From: a virus | Lineage: Duplodnaviria; Caudoviricetes | Virus record (IMG/VR): IMGVR_UViG_3300029288_000145 | Coordinates: 1-64,000 of that record | Length of the DNA: 64,000 nt | Reading direction: 5' to 3' (one strand) | In this document: positions 46,937 to 57,798 of the stretch, piece by piece | How the letters are laid out: every line of letters begins with the position of its first letter | Numbering within the stretch: position 1 is the stretch's first letter | Made by a program: the position numbers and the translations under genes | Notes under the pieces: model-generated | What the model was told of the DNA's origin: nothing | The model's database searches: none | What the model saw: only the letters and a program-made list of their open reading frames with translations

Positions 46937-49900
46937 TTACATTACCATAAAGAAGTTATGATTTGTTGCTGGTGGCGATGGTGAAGCTGATATTGACAAT
47001 GACGGGCTACTTGATAATGATGTCGATGGTGAGTGTGATATTGAGGAACTTATACTCGTACTGAGTGAGGCAGATACCGAACTCGATGGCGACAGACTGA
47101 TGCTTGAACTTACAGAACTTGACGGTGATAGACTGATACTTTGACTTATAGAACTAGATACAGAACTACTTGGCGATAATGATATACTGGTCGATGGAGA
47201 GGCACTGATGCTTATAGAGATACTAGTGGAAGGTGATAACGAAATAGATTCGCTTATACTTGTACTCGGCGAGACACTTGCCGATATAGACGTACTCAGG
47301 CTTGATGAAATAGATAATGATGGAGATAGAGATAGAGATGTAGATATTGAACTAGACGGGCTTACCGATGATGAAGGACTACTAGACGGTGAACTTGATA
47401 TACTTGTAGAATGGGAACCCGAAAACGATTCAGATATACTTTCCGATGGTGATACGCTTGATGATAATGAATGACTTATGCTTTCAGAAATAGAGGATGA
47501 TGGTGAACTACTTGGTGATGAACTTGGTGATAATGATGGTGATGAACTTACACTCGTGCTTACAGACAATGATGGAGATAGGGATATAGATTCACTAGCT
47601 GAACTAGATGGTGATGTTGATACAGATTTTGACGGACTTATACTTGGTGAACTACTGATGCTTACGGATGGTGATGTCGATGGCGATACACTTCCCGAAA
47701 TACTACTTGATACAGACAGGCTTATTGACCCAGAGGGTGAACTGCTCGGACTTAACGATACCGATTCAGATGGACTAACTGATATTGAACTGGAAATTGA
47801 TAATGATGGCGATAGGCTGATACTTGATGAGGGCGATAACGATATGGATAATGAAGGACTTAATGATATTGAACCGGATGGTGAACTGGAAGGGCTGGAT
47901 GATACCGACCCACTTGGACTTGTACTTATTGATGTACTTACACTTGACGATGGTGACCTGGATACACTCGAACTTGGCGAGGTTGATGGTGATACTGAAC
48001 TTGATAGTGAACTACTGGGTGATTCTGATGGTGATGCACTGATGCTGGTACTTATACTTGTACTAGGAGATGTTGAGGCCGAACTGCTTATGGAACCAGA
48101 GGGACTTAATGACGGCGAACTAGATACCGATAGTGACGGGCTTAGGCTGATGGAGGAACTTATGGATAGGGATGGTGATAAACTTATCGAACTTGATATT
48201 GACCTGGACGGTGATAATGACACCGAGGAACTTACTGAACTACTTGGACTAAGTGATGGAGAAGTGCTTAAACTATGTGAAACCGAACTGGATATTGATA
48301 GCGATGGAGATAACGATACGCTTGACGACAATGATGTGGATGGACTCAGTGATACCGAACTTGATACCGAACTACTTATGGATAACGAAGGGCTTAACGA
48401 AATACTACTCGATATTGACCGGGAGGGTGACGATGATATACTTGAACTTATTGACGTTGAAGGTGACGAACTTATTGACCTGGACGCCGATGAGGAAGGA
48501 CTGACCGATATTGACGATGATGGTGATACAGATATTGATGACGAGGGACTTACTGATGTAGATGGAGAAGATAGAATAATTCCCCAGAAATTTACCTTTA
48601 CAGTGGTGGTGGCCGGAACACTTAAAGATGCAGAAGGACTGCTAGATAAGGATGATGACAATGAAGAACTGGCGGAACTGCTGACGGAACTACTGGCGGA
48701 ACTGCTGGGTGATGAAGATACAGAACTCGATATTGATAGGGACGGACTTAAACTTATACTTGTACTGGGTGACAGACTTGGTGATGTTGATGGACTGGCT
48801 GAACTTGATGGCGAAGAACTTACAGAGCTTGATATAGATGTTGAGTGTGATCCTGAAAACGATTCCGATATGCTTGATGAAGGTGACACGCTACTTGACG
48901 GTGAACTACTTACAGAACTAGATAAAGATGTACTCGGCGAACTACTTTCAGACGTACTCACAGAACTTGATATACTTGTTGACGGAGATATGCTTTGTGA
49001 TGGAGATAGACTTGGACTGGATGATAGTGAAGTTGATGGTGAGTTGGATACAGACGTGCTTACACTCTCGCTTGGTGACGATGATAGGGAAGAACTTATA
49101 CTCGTACTGGGAGATACAGAACTCGACCTGGACGAACTTGGACTGCTGGATATTGACGTGGATGGCGATGTTGAAATTGATGATGACAAACTTCGTGACG
49201 GCGAATGTGATCTTGATGAACTCACCGATGTTGAAGGAGAACTGCTTACACTTATTGACGGTGAAGTGGAAACGGAGGATGACACACTTATACTTGGCGA
49301 CAGACTGATACTTGTCGATGGTGATGTTGATGGTGAAACGCTGCTTGACACAGAACTACTCGGCGATGAACTTATTGACCGGGATGGTGACAAGCTGGGA
49401 CTGGACGATACTGATTCTGATGGACTAGATGATACAGAACTACTTATTGATGTGGAAGGACTGACAGAAGATGATAATGAGGTGCTTACAGAGGATGATA
49501 CAGATTCACTCTGGGAAGAGCTGGGACTGGATGACACACTCCTACTTGGACTTAACGATATAGATAATGATGGAGACAGGCTTGGTGAACTCGAAATTGA
49601 TGAACTTGGACTTAATGAAATAGAACTGCTGATACTTAATGACGGCGACAATGACACTGAACTTGATATACTACTTGATATTGAGCTACTAATACTGGTC
49701 GATGGTGAGGCTGATATTGAAGAACTCACACTTGTACTTGGTGAAACCGAACTGGATACAGAAGAACTTGGTGAAGAACTCAGTGAACTACTTGGTGACA
49801 ACGATACCGATGAGGATAATGAGGTACTTACAGAGGACGATAATGACCGGGACACTGACGTTGATGGCGACACCGAACTCGACACAGACGTACTCGGTGA

Positions 49901-51541
49901 CGTACTTACACTTGTACTTACAGAACTTGACGGGCTTGTTGATACTGATGAACTTGGGGAGGTGGATAATGAACTGCTTATACTTTCACTTATTGACGAA
50001 CTTATTGAACTGGATGGACTGCTTGATATTGATAGACTTGGCGATAATGATATTGAACTACTTTCACTACTACTGATAGAACTACTTATAGATAATGAAG
50101 GACTTAACGAGGCCGAACTGGATGGTGATAAACTGATACTTGAAGAAATAGATAATGATGGTGACAGGCTTACGCTACTTGACGGCGACAGACTGATACT
50201 TGTTGATGGTGATAGGCTGGCCGATGGACTAGCCGATACCGATGTTGATATTGACGAGGATATTGATGATATGGGATTGCCCAAAAATATAACGACATAC
50301 GCTCCATATATTCCTATTTCACCATTAACAGGGACAACAACGGTGGGTAGATAATTTTTGCCATCATTAAGGGTTAATGCTACCGTCCTTACCCTTTCCT
50401 TATTTGAATTAGCGAATTCTATTTTGGAATTTGTTATATGGGCATCTACGGTGCCTGAGTCAGCATTATCCTCACCCAGATCGACATAAATATCACCATC
50501 AACAGATTCGTTTCCAGTGACCTCAAAATACGGCGTATATGTAGAGTATGCGTTGGCATCAAAAAACATCCTTCCCTCTGTGTGTTCCTGCGCCACACCT
50601 ATACCCGCATAACCCCGGCTGATTCTATAATAAACGTCTATGGCGGTAACATTTATTACCCGGAGATATAATCTTGCCTCACTTATCCTGGCGTTGTAAC
50701 TTTCACTGCCAGATTTTATTTTTACCTCTATCAGATCGCCGTTATCAAAGTTTGTAGCATTGTTGGCGAAACTGACCGAACAAAGTGTTGGCGTGGTACT
50801 GTTGGTAGATACTTCACTTCCGGTTATTGCGTTTCCTGACGAATCATATAAACAGGCATATGCTGTGGATGCTGCATTTTCAGAGTACATAACAACCTCA
50901 AATGTCCATACATTACCAGAACCAATTGTAGAGAACCTGTTTTCATCCTTCTTAAAATATGCGTATCTTTTTGGTATATCTTGGGTATAAGATGTGCTTG
51001 TTGTGGAATCAACAGCAGTACCATTAAACCGTGAGGATTCTCCAAAATCACTTCCAATAAGGGGTATTTGTATTCTTGTATTTACGAACTGATTCTGTTG
51101 TACTATTATCCGTGATGAATATACCTTTACCTCGTTATTTACCGATGTGCCGGGTATTTCTATGTCATAATCATTTGCACCACCAACCATAGATAGTGCC
51201 GCTGTGCGAAACCGGGTTGGCACCGTTGTCCCTCCCGGAACGGGTATGGCATCAATAATACTAACACCATTTACCAGGCGTGGGGAATAACTGCCGGCGT
51301 TGTCGTTTGTGGCAACTATTTCCCAGTAATATGTGCCATTATAGTAATCAGCGGTATCAATATTTATCCTTGTCCTTGTAAATGTTGTATCGGTGGTTGA
51401 ACTGGTACAGGTAAGGCTACAATTATCCAGGGGTATTTCAAATATTGGGGAACCAGCACTTGGGCTTGGCGAACTCGACAGTGATCTTGAAGGAGATACT
51501 GAGGCTGAAGGTGAACTCGATATGGATGTTGATGTAGACAT
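46937..51541 (-). CDS. 1534-aa serine-rich repeat protein: about 390-aa globular domain plus about 1,100-aa (Ser-X)n stalk
   Basis: Ser at alternate positions from about aa 424 to 1522, one break (VPATTTVKVNFWGII); TAATG-coupled to the upstream gene. Confidence 0.8.
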   Translation of the reverse strand: MSTSTSISSSPSASVSPSRSLSSSPSPSAGSPIFEIPLDNCSLTCTSSTTDTTFTRTRINIDTADYYNGTYYWEIVATNDNAGSYSPRLVNGVSIIDAIPVPGGTTVPTRFRTAALSMVGGANDYDIEIPGTSVNNEVKVYSSRIIVQQNQFVNTRIQIPLIGSDFGESSRFNGTAVDSTTSTSYTQDIPKRYAYFKKDENRFSTIGSGNVWTFEVVMYSENAASTAYACLYDSSGNAITGSEVSTNSTTPTLCSVSFANNATNFDNGDLIEVKIKSGSESYNARISEARLYLRVINVTAIDVYYRISRGYAGIGVAQEHTEGRMFFDANAYSTYTPYFEVTGNESVDGDIYVDLGEDNADSGTVDAHITNSKIEFANSNKERVRTVALTLNDGKNYLPTVVVPVNGEIGIYGAYVVIFLGNPISSISSSISTSVSASPSASLSPSTSISLSPSSSVSLSPSLSISSSISLSPSSSASLSPSLSISSSISSSESSSISLSPSLSISSSPSSSISSSISESISSSLSTSPSSSVSTSPSSSVSTSVSTSPSTSVSSSVSPSTSVSRSLSSSVSTSLSSSVSLSPSSSLSSSPSSSVSSSVSPSTSVSSSISASPSTSISSSISSSISSSVSLSPSLSISSSISLSPSSSISSSPSLSPSLSISLSPSRSVSSSPSSSQSESVSSSVSTSLSSSVSPSTSISSSVSSSPSESVSSSPSLSPSRSISSSPSSSVSSSVSPSTSPSTSISLSPSISVSSSVSTSPSISVSSSPSTSVSSSRSHSPSRSLSSSISTSPSTSISSSPSSSRSSSVSPSTSISSSLSSSPSESVSTSVSNSPSTSLSSSPSLSPSQSISPSTSISSSVSTSESSSPSTSLSSSVSSSPSSSVSPSSSISESFSGSHSTSISSSVSSSPSSSASPSTSPSLSPSTSISLSPSLSISSSVSSSPSSSASSSVSSSASSSLSSSLSSSPSASLSVPATTTVKVNFWGIILSSPSTSVSPSSSISVSPSSSISVSPSSSASRSISSSPSTSISSSISSSPSRSISSSISLSPSLSISSSVSSSVSLSPSTSLSSSVSLSPSLSISSSVSHSLSTSPSLSPSSSVSSSVSLSPSRSISSSISLSPSLSISSSISLSPSLSVSSSPSLSPSGSISSSASTSPSTSISTSISASPSESPSSSLSSSVSPSTSPSSSVSRSPSSSVSTSISTSPSGSVSSSPSSSPSGSISLSPSLSISLSPSSSISLSPSLSISSSISVSPSESVSLSPSSSPSGSISLSVSSSISGSVSPSTSPSVSISSSPSISPSKSVSTSPSSSASESISLSPSLSVSTSVSSSPSLSPSSSPSSSPSSSISESISHSLSSSVSPSESISESFSGSHSTSISSSPSSSPSSSVSPSSSISTSLSLSPSLSISSSLSTSISASVSPSTSISESISLSPSTSISISISASPSTSISLSPSSSVSSSISQSISLSPSSSVSSSISLSPSSSVSASLSTSISSSISHSPSTSLSSSPSLSISASPSPPATNHNFFMVM

Positions 51542-53370
51542 TACCCTTGTTGATATACCCTACAGGCTACTGTATCGGCACCATCTTTATAATTGGTTAA
51601 ATCAGAAATTGTTGCTGTTAATGTAAAGTCCGTGTCCTCCGGGGAGGTGTTGTCGGAATCAATGGTATCCCATGTTAGTGTTGATCTATTATATATTTGT
51701 AGATATACGGTCACCAGTGGTGGGGGACTATTAGTTTGTAATACACAGGTAAATATTCCAGAATTAAACGTGCCTACAAAATTTTTAAACTGGTGAATAG
51801 CATATTTCCCAGATGCACTTTGATCTACCCAGTCGTTATCTACTGCTGCAACATATATATAATCTATTGCCGAATATGACGTGCTTAGGTCATCATCTGC
51901 CGCTGGTAATGCCAAGTAGTCTCCCCGTGAATAGTTTTCTGTGGAGGGTGACGTTGATGAACTTATGCTTGTGGATGGAGATAGGGATAATGATGAACTT
52001 GGTGAACCTGATGGTGAACTACTTAAACTTATACTTACCGAACTTGATAATGAACTACTTAGTGATAACGATGGTGATTTGCTTATACTACCACTTACCG
52101 AACTACTAACACTGCTTGATGGTGATGGACTGGCCGATATTGATGTTGATATTGAACGACTTGGAGAATGTGAGGCTGAGGCTGATGGTGAACTGCTTAT
52201 GCTACTACTGGGTGTGCTTACTGCAATATATGAAACCAATCCGGTTTTTACATACCTTGCTGTAGGGGTTCCGCTTGGTGTAACATCTATATCTATCGCA
52301 TCGTTTGATGTAATATTATCTGTGTGAATAGTATCGTTTGCTGTTGTTGCTGCATCTGCAATAGTACATGTAAGAGTGCCATTTCCAGCATTTATACGAA
52401 GTGTTATTGCATAAGATTTTCCTGCTCCTGGTGTCCCACTTAAAGCTGCATATAGTTTTTTAAATACTGAAGTATATCCACGTTGATATGAATTAGCCTC
52501 TGTTGATATTGGCGAAAATAAAATAGTTCTATTACAGTAATGATACCTTGTAGCACTTGTTGAGGTATTAACATTAGTACCACCAAGCAATAAACTCTCC
52601 CCGTTTATGGTTGCAACAAAAGATAATTTTCCATAAATTCTCGGTCTTGCCGATGGAGTGTTTAAAGGCACAATTTCTAATGAAACCAAATCCCCTGCAA
52701 CCACGGCAACATTATGGGTCGTATCGCTTCCCGTGGTATCGTCTGCTGTTATCGTACAGGTTAATGTTGTTGCTACCCCGTTAAGATAAAGAGTAAAAGA
52801 ATACGCATCTGGCGAAGTTCCGGGGTCGGCACTTAATGAGGTAAAAAGCCTGTTTATCGTCCCTGCCGTTGGAATTATTTGAGACACCTGCACTTCTGTT
52901 GTTGATGTAACGCCTACACCGCCTCCCGTTACGCCCTGATATTGTGTGGCTGAATTATCACACACACCACCAAACATCAAATTACTTTCATTGGCTGTTG
53001 TGCCATCGAATTTTAATACCCATGAACAGTTTGTGACTGTTGGTGTATTTGTAGGCACTGATTTTAAATAAATAATATCTCCTTCAGCAAAAGCTACTCC
53101 TGCACCTGAATAAGTACCGCCAACAGCAGCATCGGCAATATGAACTGTTATAGCCGTATCAACTCCGTTTTTAACAACGGTAAAATCATAAGAAGTACCC
53201 GCCCCCGGTGCTGCACCAAGTTCTACATAGAAATAACTATACGTTCCAACGCAGGCAAGTTGCTTTAATACAGCCACATTAGTATTCCATGTGTCACCAC
53301 CTTGGACTACGTTGTAACTATTGGCACTATTTGATAGTGTCCCGCCCCTGCCTGTTATGCCTTGTATCAT
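51541..53370 (-). CDS. Virion-type protein: three repeated beta domains, about 90-aa (Ser-X)n linker, C-terminal domain
   Basis: Repeats YVELGAAPGAGTSYDFTV / FTSLSADPGTSPDAYSFTL / YAALSGTPGAGKSYAITL. Confidence 0.7.
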   Translation of the reverse strand: MIQGITGRGGTLSNSANSYNVVQGGDTWNTNVAVLKQLACVGTYSYFYVELGAAPGAGTSYDFTVVKNGVDTAITVHIADAAVGGTYSGAGVAFAEGDIIYLKSVPTNTPTVTNCSWVLKFDGTTANESNLMFGGVCDNSATQYQGVTGGGVGVTSTTEVQVSQIIPTAGTINRLFTSLSADPGTSPDAYSFTLYLNGVATTLTCTITADDTTGSDTTHNVAVVAGDLVSLEIVPLNTPSARPRIYGKLSFVATINGESLLLGGTNVNTSTSATRYHYCNRTILFSPISTEANSYQRGYTSVFKKLYAALSGTPGAGKSYAITLRINAGNGTLTCTIADAATTANDTIHTDNITSNDAIDIDVTPSGTPTARYVKTGLVSYIAVSTPSSSISSSPSASASHSPSRSISTSISASPSPSSSVSSSVSGSISKSPSLSLSSSLSSSVSISLSSSPSGSPSSSLSLSPSTSISSSTSPSTENYSRGDYLALPAADDDLSTSYSAIDYIYVAAVDNDWVDQSASGKYAIHQFKNFVGTFNSGIFTCVLQTNSPPPLVTVYLQIYNRSTLTWDTIDSDNTSPEDTDFTLTATISDLTNYKDGADTVACRVYQQG

Positions 53371-53373
53371 TTC

Positions 53374-53604
53374 TTAGTTTATCTTTTTCGTCTTTGTCCA
53401 GTCAATTGTTGTTTCTGAACCTTTTTTAGTAATGATTTTTTCTTTAATTATCTCCTGTTTTTGTAATTCCATCCATCCGTTTAGCTTGACATTATTATCA
53501 ATCAGATAAGCCCATGCCTCTGCACGTTCTTCTTCTGATGGATTTAACAGTGTAATTACACTTTCATCATTAAGTATGATGTTTGTTTTCCTGTTGCTTA
53601 TCAT
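53374..53604 (-). CDS. Hypothetical protein
   Basis: 76 aa, in operon. Confidence 0.5.
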   Translation of the reverse strand: MISNRKTNIILNDESVITLLNPSEEERAEAWAYLIDNNVKLNGWMELQKQEIIKEKIITKKGSETTIDWTKTKKIN

Positions 53605-54514
53605 GTTTTTTTATTTTTATCAGATCATCGTCAGTCCATCCCGGAATCGGCCAGAATTTCTCCACAAGCCAACTTAATGGGTGAACTCCATTAAATTTGT
53701 TGTTAAGCCACAGGTCTTTTGAATACCTACGTGCCTTTTCCTGTGCTTTCCCTGACATGGGGTAGGGAAATGAGAAGTCACCTCCCTGGGTGCGGAACAT
53801 ATGTCCGAACCATGTTTTTTTATTACACACCAACCGGCCTCCGGTCAGCCACGTTTTACAGGCTATTTCCGTTCCCTGTTGTCCCCACGAACCGTGTTCT
53901 TCATCACAAAAGTTATACTTCCAGTATCTCTCCCTTGTCAACATCCAACAGGCACCGATAAGGGACATGTTTTCAACAATGTCCCCTTCTGGCTTGCGGT
54001 CATTCCAATATTGGAAATGTAGGTTGTTGTCAAACCGCCACTGGGAGGTTTTTATTCCCCTATTCGATTTCCAGATAACTTCTTTATGTGTTGGCTTTCC
54101 ACATTCTTTACAGACGCCGGAGGGACTCATATATCTCCTGTGTCCATCCTCACACACCCAGTCGAATACGTGCCAGTTATACATGAGTGGTACAACAGTC
54201 CAGTCATCCTGCATGTCGGCCATTAGTTTGACATCAAACCCTTCGTCAAAGGCACAGTGGGCATCACACTTCATAACGTATTTTGCCTGTGATAGCCGAC
54301 AACATTGATTGGTAATTGCCCTCTGGCCTATTGCTTCGGGTACATAAAATATTGTCAGGTCGGGATGTTGCGGTATGGGAATATGATTCCACTTACCGTC
54401 CAAACCAACGATTATTTCTGTGGCACCTCGTTTATTTTTAAGAATGTCCTCAATAGTGTTGAGTAACCATTCCTCATTTCGTGCCGGTATTAATATGGAC
54501 AGGTCGTACTTCAT
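53570..54514 (-). CDS. GT-A glycosyltransferase (GT2/GT27-like)
   Basis: LSILIPARNE, KCDAHC (DxH), WGQQGTEIACKTWLTGGRL...FGHMFR. Confidence 0.85.
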   Translation of the reverse strand: MKYDLSILIPARNEEWLLNTIEDILKNKRGATEIIVGLDGKWNHIPIPQHPDLTIFYVPEAIGQRAITNQCCRLSQAKYVMKCDAHCAFDEGFDVKLMADMQDDWTVVPLMYNWHVFDWVCEDGHRRYMSPSGVCKECGKPTHKEVIWKSNRGIKTSQWRFDNNLHFQYWNDRKPEGDIVENMSLIGACWMLTRERYWKYNFCDEEHGSWGQQGTEIACKTWLTGGRLVCNKKTWFGHMFRTQGGDFSFPYPMSGKAQEKARRYSKDLWLNNKFNGVHPLSWLVEKFWPIPGWTDDDLIKIKKHDKQQENKHHT

Positions 54515-55032
54515 AGATTTTTCAGGTCTTTAAAGTTTGATAAAACTGTTGCCCAGGGACGACATTCCTTCCAGTCGAACCTGTATTTGAAATTGGAATA
54601 CATTTCTTCCGTATATCCATAGGTATCCGGTTCTTCTGTGTCATGTAAAACAAGGAACTCTGCACTGTCCTTAAACCTGACAACATCACGTCCCCGGTAT
54701 CCCCAGGTATAGTCCTTTTGTGGTACGGCGTGGTCTATAAGTATAACTCCAGCCCTGTCTTTAATGTTTACGTCTGTCATCCAGTCATTTACCTTTACGA
54801 TACGGTGCATCTTGCTCTGGAACTGCTTGGCATACAGGTAGAATTGTTCTTCGCTTTCATAGGTGATAAGTTTGCGGCCAAATCCTTTACACATCCAGTG
54901 TAAGAATGGCGTACTACCAATGCCACAGCCGAACTCAATGACCGTTCCCGAACTATTGATAATAGTTTCATAGAGCATCCACATATGGGAACTCCATCCT
55001 TTGCCGACATTAACTTTGTGTTTAAGATACAT
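54511..55032 (-). CDS. Small class I SAM-dependent methyltransferase-like protein
   Basis: VIEFGCGIGST, ITYES, VILIDH. Confidence 0.7.
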   Translation of the reverse strand: MYLKHKVNVGKGWSSHMWMLYETIINSSGTVIEFGCGIGSTPFLHWMCKGFGRKLITYESEEQFYLYAKQFQSKMHRIVKVNDWMTDVNIKDRAGVILIDHAVPQKDYTWGYRGRDVVRFKDSAEFLVLHDTEEPDTYGYTEEMYSNFKYRFDWKECRPWATVLSNFKDLKNL

Positions 55033-55729
55033 ATAGATAGTTTTTTTTAAGGTTCGTTATTTCTCCCCAGTAGGGGACATCTGTTAATTGACTTTTCATA
55101 TCCGCCCTAACACTCCAGCTAACACCCTTGCCGGTTTTAAATGTTATACACGGATTTTCAAGAGATACCCTTACCGTGTTTTTGTCATGGGTGGTAAATC
55201 GCCTCCGGAATGGCATATTATGATTTTTATCGCCGGCAAACCATTGTGGCATACCCTCAAAGAATATTTCACATTGTTTGATAAATAGTTCCCTGTCAAT
55301 AATCTGGGCACCATCGGAATCACTTTTAGGGTAGTAGTATGGATACTCTTTGGCATCAAATACTACCTGTATATTTTTCATCCTATATGCTTTACCAGGT
55401 TCACTGGGTTCAAAGGCAAAGTAATCGGGTGGATACAGATAGTCAGATTCAGCAAACACCAGATATTGAGAGGTGGCTTCCAAGGCTCCTAGATATATTT
55501 GCCGGAACTCGTTAAGATAACTCTGGCCAACATCACCAACACATATATTGTGCCCTATATCCATAGGTTTTTGGGTAACACTTATCATTGGCAGCCCACA
55601 CCTATTATGCAACATTGTTTCAACAACCTGTCTTTCAAAACGTGGGTTTTCCCTGTTGCTGCTGTAATATATTATTGTTTTATTTAACATTTGCATTACA
55701 AGTTTTACATAGTGGCATATCAAAATCAA
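55022..55729 (-). CDS. GT-A fold glycosyltransferase-like protein (paralogue 1 of 3)
   Basis: PMISVTQKP, NEFRQIYLG, VFAESDYLY; start may be ATG 55690. Confidence 0.65.
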   Translation of the reverse strand: MILICHYVKLVMQMLNKTIIYYSSNRENPRFERQVVETMLHNRCGLPMISVTQKPMDIGHNICVGDVGQSYLNEFRQIYLGALEATSQYLVFAESDYLYPPDYFAFEPSEPGKAYRMKNIQVVFDAKEYPYYYPKSDSDGAQIIDRELFIKQCEIFFEGMPQWFAGDKNHNMPFRRRFTTHDKNTVRVSLENPCITFKTGKGVSWSVRADMKSQLTDVPYWGEITNLKKNYLYVS

Positions 55730-56414
55730 GATTCATGTGCCTTTTCCTTAATGGTTTGGCAATTTTAATGATCTCAGCGAGACTTTGTTTAGTAATATCG
55801 CCAAGGATAACTTCGCCGTTGTAGTCCAGGCAGCACATTGACACTCTTCCATCCCATAATATACAGGTATGTTTGCTGAAGGCGTAACAGGGCACCCTGA
55901 CCACTCCCTCTTTTTGTTTGGGGTCGTCAAAGTAGTCGTTAGCCCTGTAAGTGCTTACTTTTGACCGGTGTCCCCATTTTTTCTTAAAGGCTTTTTGCTT
56001 TTCAATGTCTGTATCAAGAAATACACGAGATATTCTTACATAGAAATCGGCATTGTCAAGCAGTTTCCTTATGTTTTTTTCATAAGCATCTACCCCGTTG
56101 TCACTGCAATTTATTCCGTTCAGACATTTGTATTTCAGCACTCTGTCAACATCCATAAGTCCTCCGTTTGTAGACAGGTTTACTTTCACACCCTGTTCTT
56201 CCATATAATCCAACCATTCGTATATCCTGTCAAAAGCAAAGGGGTCACCATACAGATACGGACTGTACTGTTTGATATTGTTTTTCTTACCTTCGGAAAT
56301 GATGTGGTGAAATAATTCATCACTCATTTCTCCCTTTGGTCTCGTCACACGAAGGCCAGGACAATAGGAACACTTCAGGTTACACTTGTAGGAACTTTCA
56401 AATATAAGTCTCAT
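55680..56414 (-). CDS. Radical SAM protein with SPASM/twitch domain
   Basis: CNLKCSYC (CxxxCxxC), GDP, LSTNG; PC...DGRVSMCCLD...LGDI...CKTC. Confidence 0.9.
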   Translation of the reverse strand: MRLIFESSYKCNLKCSYCPGLRVTRPKGEMSDELFHHIISEGKKNNIKQYSPYLYGDPFAFDRIYEWLDYMEEQGVKVNLSTNGGLMDVDRVLKYKCLNGINCSDNGVDAYEKNIRKLLDNADFYVRISRVFLDTDIEKQKAFKKKWGHRSKVSTYRANDYFDDPKQKEGVVRVPCYAFSKHTCILWDGRVSMCCLDYNGEVILGDITKQSLAEIIKIAKPLRKRHMNLDFDMPLCKTCNANVK

Positions 56415-57142
56415 TAGCGAAAATGTTTTAAAATTTCTTCAGCCCTTCCCCAGTATGGGATGTCATAGGCTTGTATCTCTCCATAGCTTTTGCGGTGTTT
56501 CCTCTGCCGTTCTTCACTTGCCCAGTCGTGGTTTACCTGTATGAAGGCAACCTTGGCAGCATGGGTGTCGCAACAATTCCTTAACCCCACACCCAGATTT
56601 CTCTCAACCATACCCCGGCCAACTTCACCAACCCTGTTTTCAGGGCATCCATCAGGCCATTTTGTATAACGTTCTTCTAGGGCATCAATAAGATACTCTC
56701 TAGGAGCGATCAGGGCGGCGTTGCTTAAACGGTTCCTCCAGTGATAGACCGGAATACCCCAGGTGAATAACGTTGCCCTGTTGCGATCATACAGAACCTC
56801 ATTATCACATGGACGCCTGAAGGTGAAGTGAAATTCGTGATACAGGCAGTCATCCTCGGCTACCGCTACATATTTTGTTTCCGCCACCTTACAAGCTCTT
56901 AACATTTGCCTGTAGATGTTGTCAGTACACTTTTTTCCATCATCCAGAATGTTGTGCCCGAAATTTAACGGCTCCCTGGACACGCTGATAATAGGAGTGT
57001 CCTTTATTGCCTCCAGTAATACCTCTTTTTGATAAGCGGCAAAGTGTGGCTTATGCTTTTCAAGCATTGAGGCCGTTAAATAGATTACTGTCATTTGTTC
57101 TATCATACGAATAATTTTAAGTATTTGTCCGGTGATTCCCAA
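56414..57142 (-). CDS. GT-A fold glycosyltransferase-like protein (paralogue 2)
   Basis: PIISVSREP, NIYRQML, VAVAEDDCLY. Confidence 0.7.
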   Translation of the reverse strand: MGITGQILKIIRMIEQMTVIYLTASMLEKHKPHFAAYQKEVLLEAIKDTPIISVSREPLNFGHNILDDGKKCTDNIYRQMLRACKVAETKYVAVAEDDCLYHEFHFTFRRPCDNEVLYDRNRATLFTWGIPVYHWRNRLSNAALIAPREYLIDALEERYTKWPDGCPENRVGEVGRGMVERNLGVGLRNCCDTHAAKVAFIQVNHDWASEERQRKHRKSYGEIQAYDIPYWGRAEEILKHFR

Positions 57143-57798
57143 TAGGGTATAGTATATGCCTGTATTCTTTTCATCTGTTTTTTATGCCTGTGTTCAATAG
57201 CCTCTTTGCCAGTGTTTTCGTTTGTGAAGTAGTCGTGATCAATTTGTATAACTCCATTATAACTCCAAAATGGGAGTGTTTTTGCCGGGGTTAGTCCTAA
57301 ATACTTTTCTGATTTACCTATTTCGTTGCAGTGTTCTACCGGCACCAGTGGGTATTTATCAAATCTTTCTTCGAGACTTTTTATCACAGCTAACCGGCCT
57401 CCGACCATAAAGGCGTTTATGTAACTCTGTTTCTTTTCCATAGAGTAGATAGGCTTTGCCCAGGTATAAAGGTTCCACCTGTACTGATTATATGCTATCT
57501 CATCTATTTGCGGTGTAAAGGCGAAAAAGTGATCAGAAGCATATAAACAGTCATCCTCGGCTATGGCAATAAACGGTGTTGTTGCCAACTTTGCGCCTCT
57601 TAATATCTGCCTGTAGATATTATTGACGCCAAGTCCTCCGTCCTGGATGATGTTTTTGTCACCGAACTTCATGGGTTCACGAGATATGGTTATTATTTCA
57701 CACCCATTGGAGGCTGTTAATAGAACATCCATCTGGTAACTATGCCATTTTTCAGGAACCCGGTTTGCTGTTAAATATAATATTGTTAAGTTACTCAT
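57103..57798 (-). CDS. GT-A fold glycosyltransferase-like protein (paralogue 3)
   Basis: EIITISREP, NIYRQIL, IAIAEDDCLY. Confidence 0.7.
   Translation of the reverse strand: MSNLTILYLTANRVPEKWHSYQMDVLLTASNGCEIITISREPMKFGDKNIIQDGGLGVNNIYRQILRGAKLATTPFIAIAEDDCLYASDHFFAFTPQIDEIAYNQYRWNLYTWAKPIYSMEKKQSYINAFMVGGRLAVIKSLEERFDKYPLVPVEHCNEIGKSEKYLGLTPAKTLPFWSYNGVIQIDHDYFTNENTGKEAIEHRHKKQMKRIQAYTIPYWESPDKYLKLFV

Noticed and set aside
47208-50354. Very long Asp/Glu/Leu-rich plus-strand ORFs (958 aa at 47478, 88 aa at 47208; also 51941..52327 and 61301..62155)
   Set aside because: Shadow frames. In this offset Ser TCN reads GAN (Asp/Glu) and AGY reads CTN (Leu), and a stop needs a sense Tyr or His/Gln codon, which the Ser-X tracts almost lack. 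The break at 47474 falls at a rare Gln codon. No promoter or coupling supports them.
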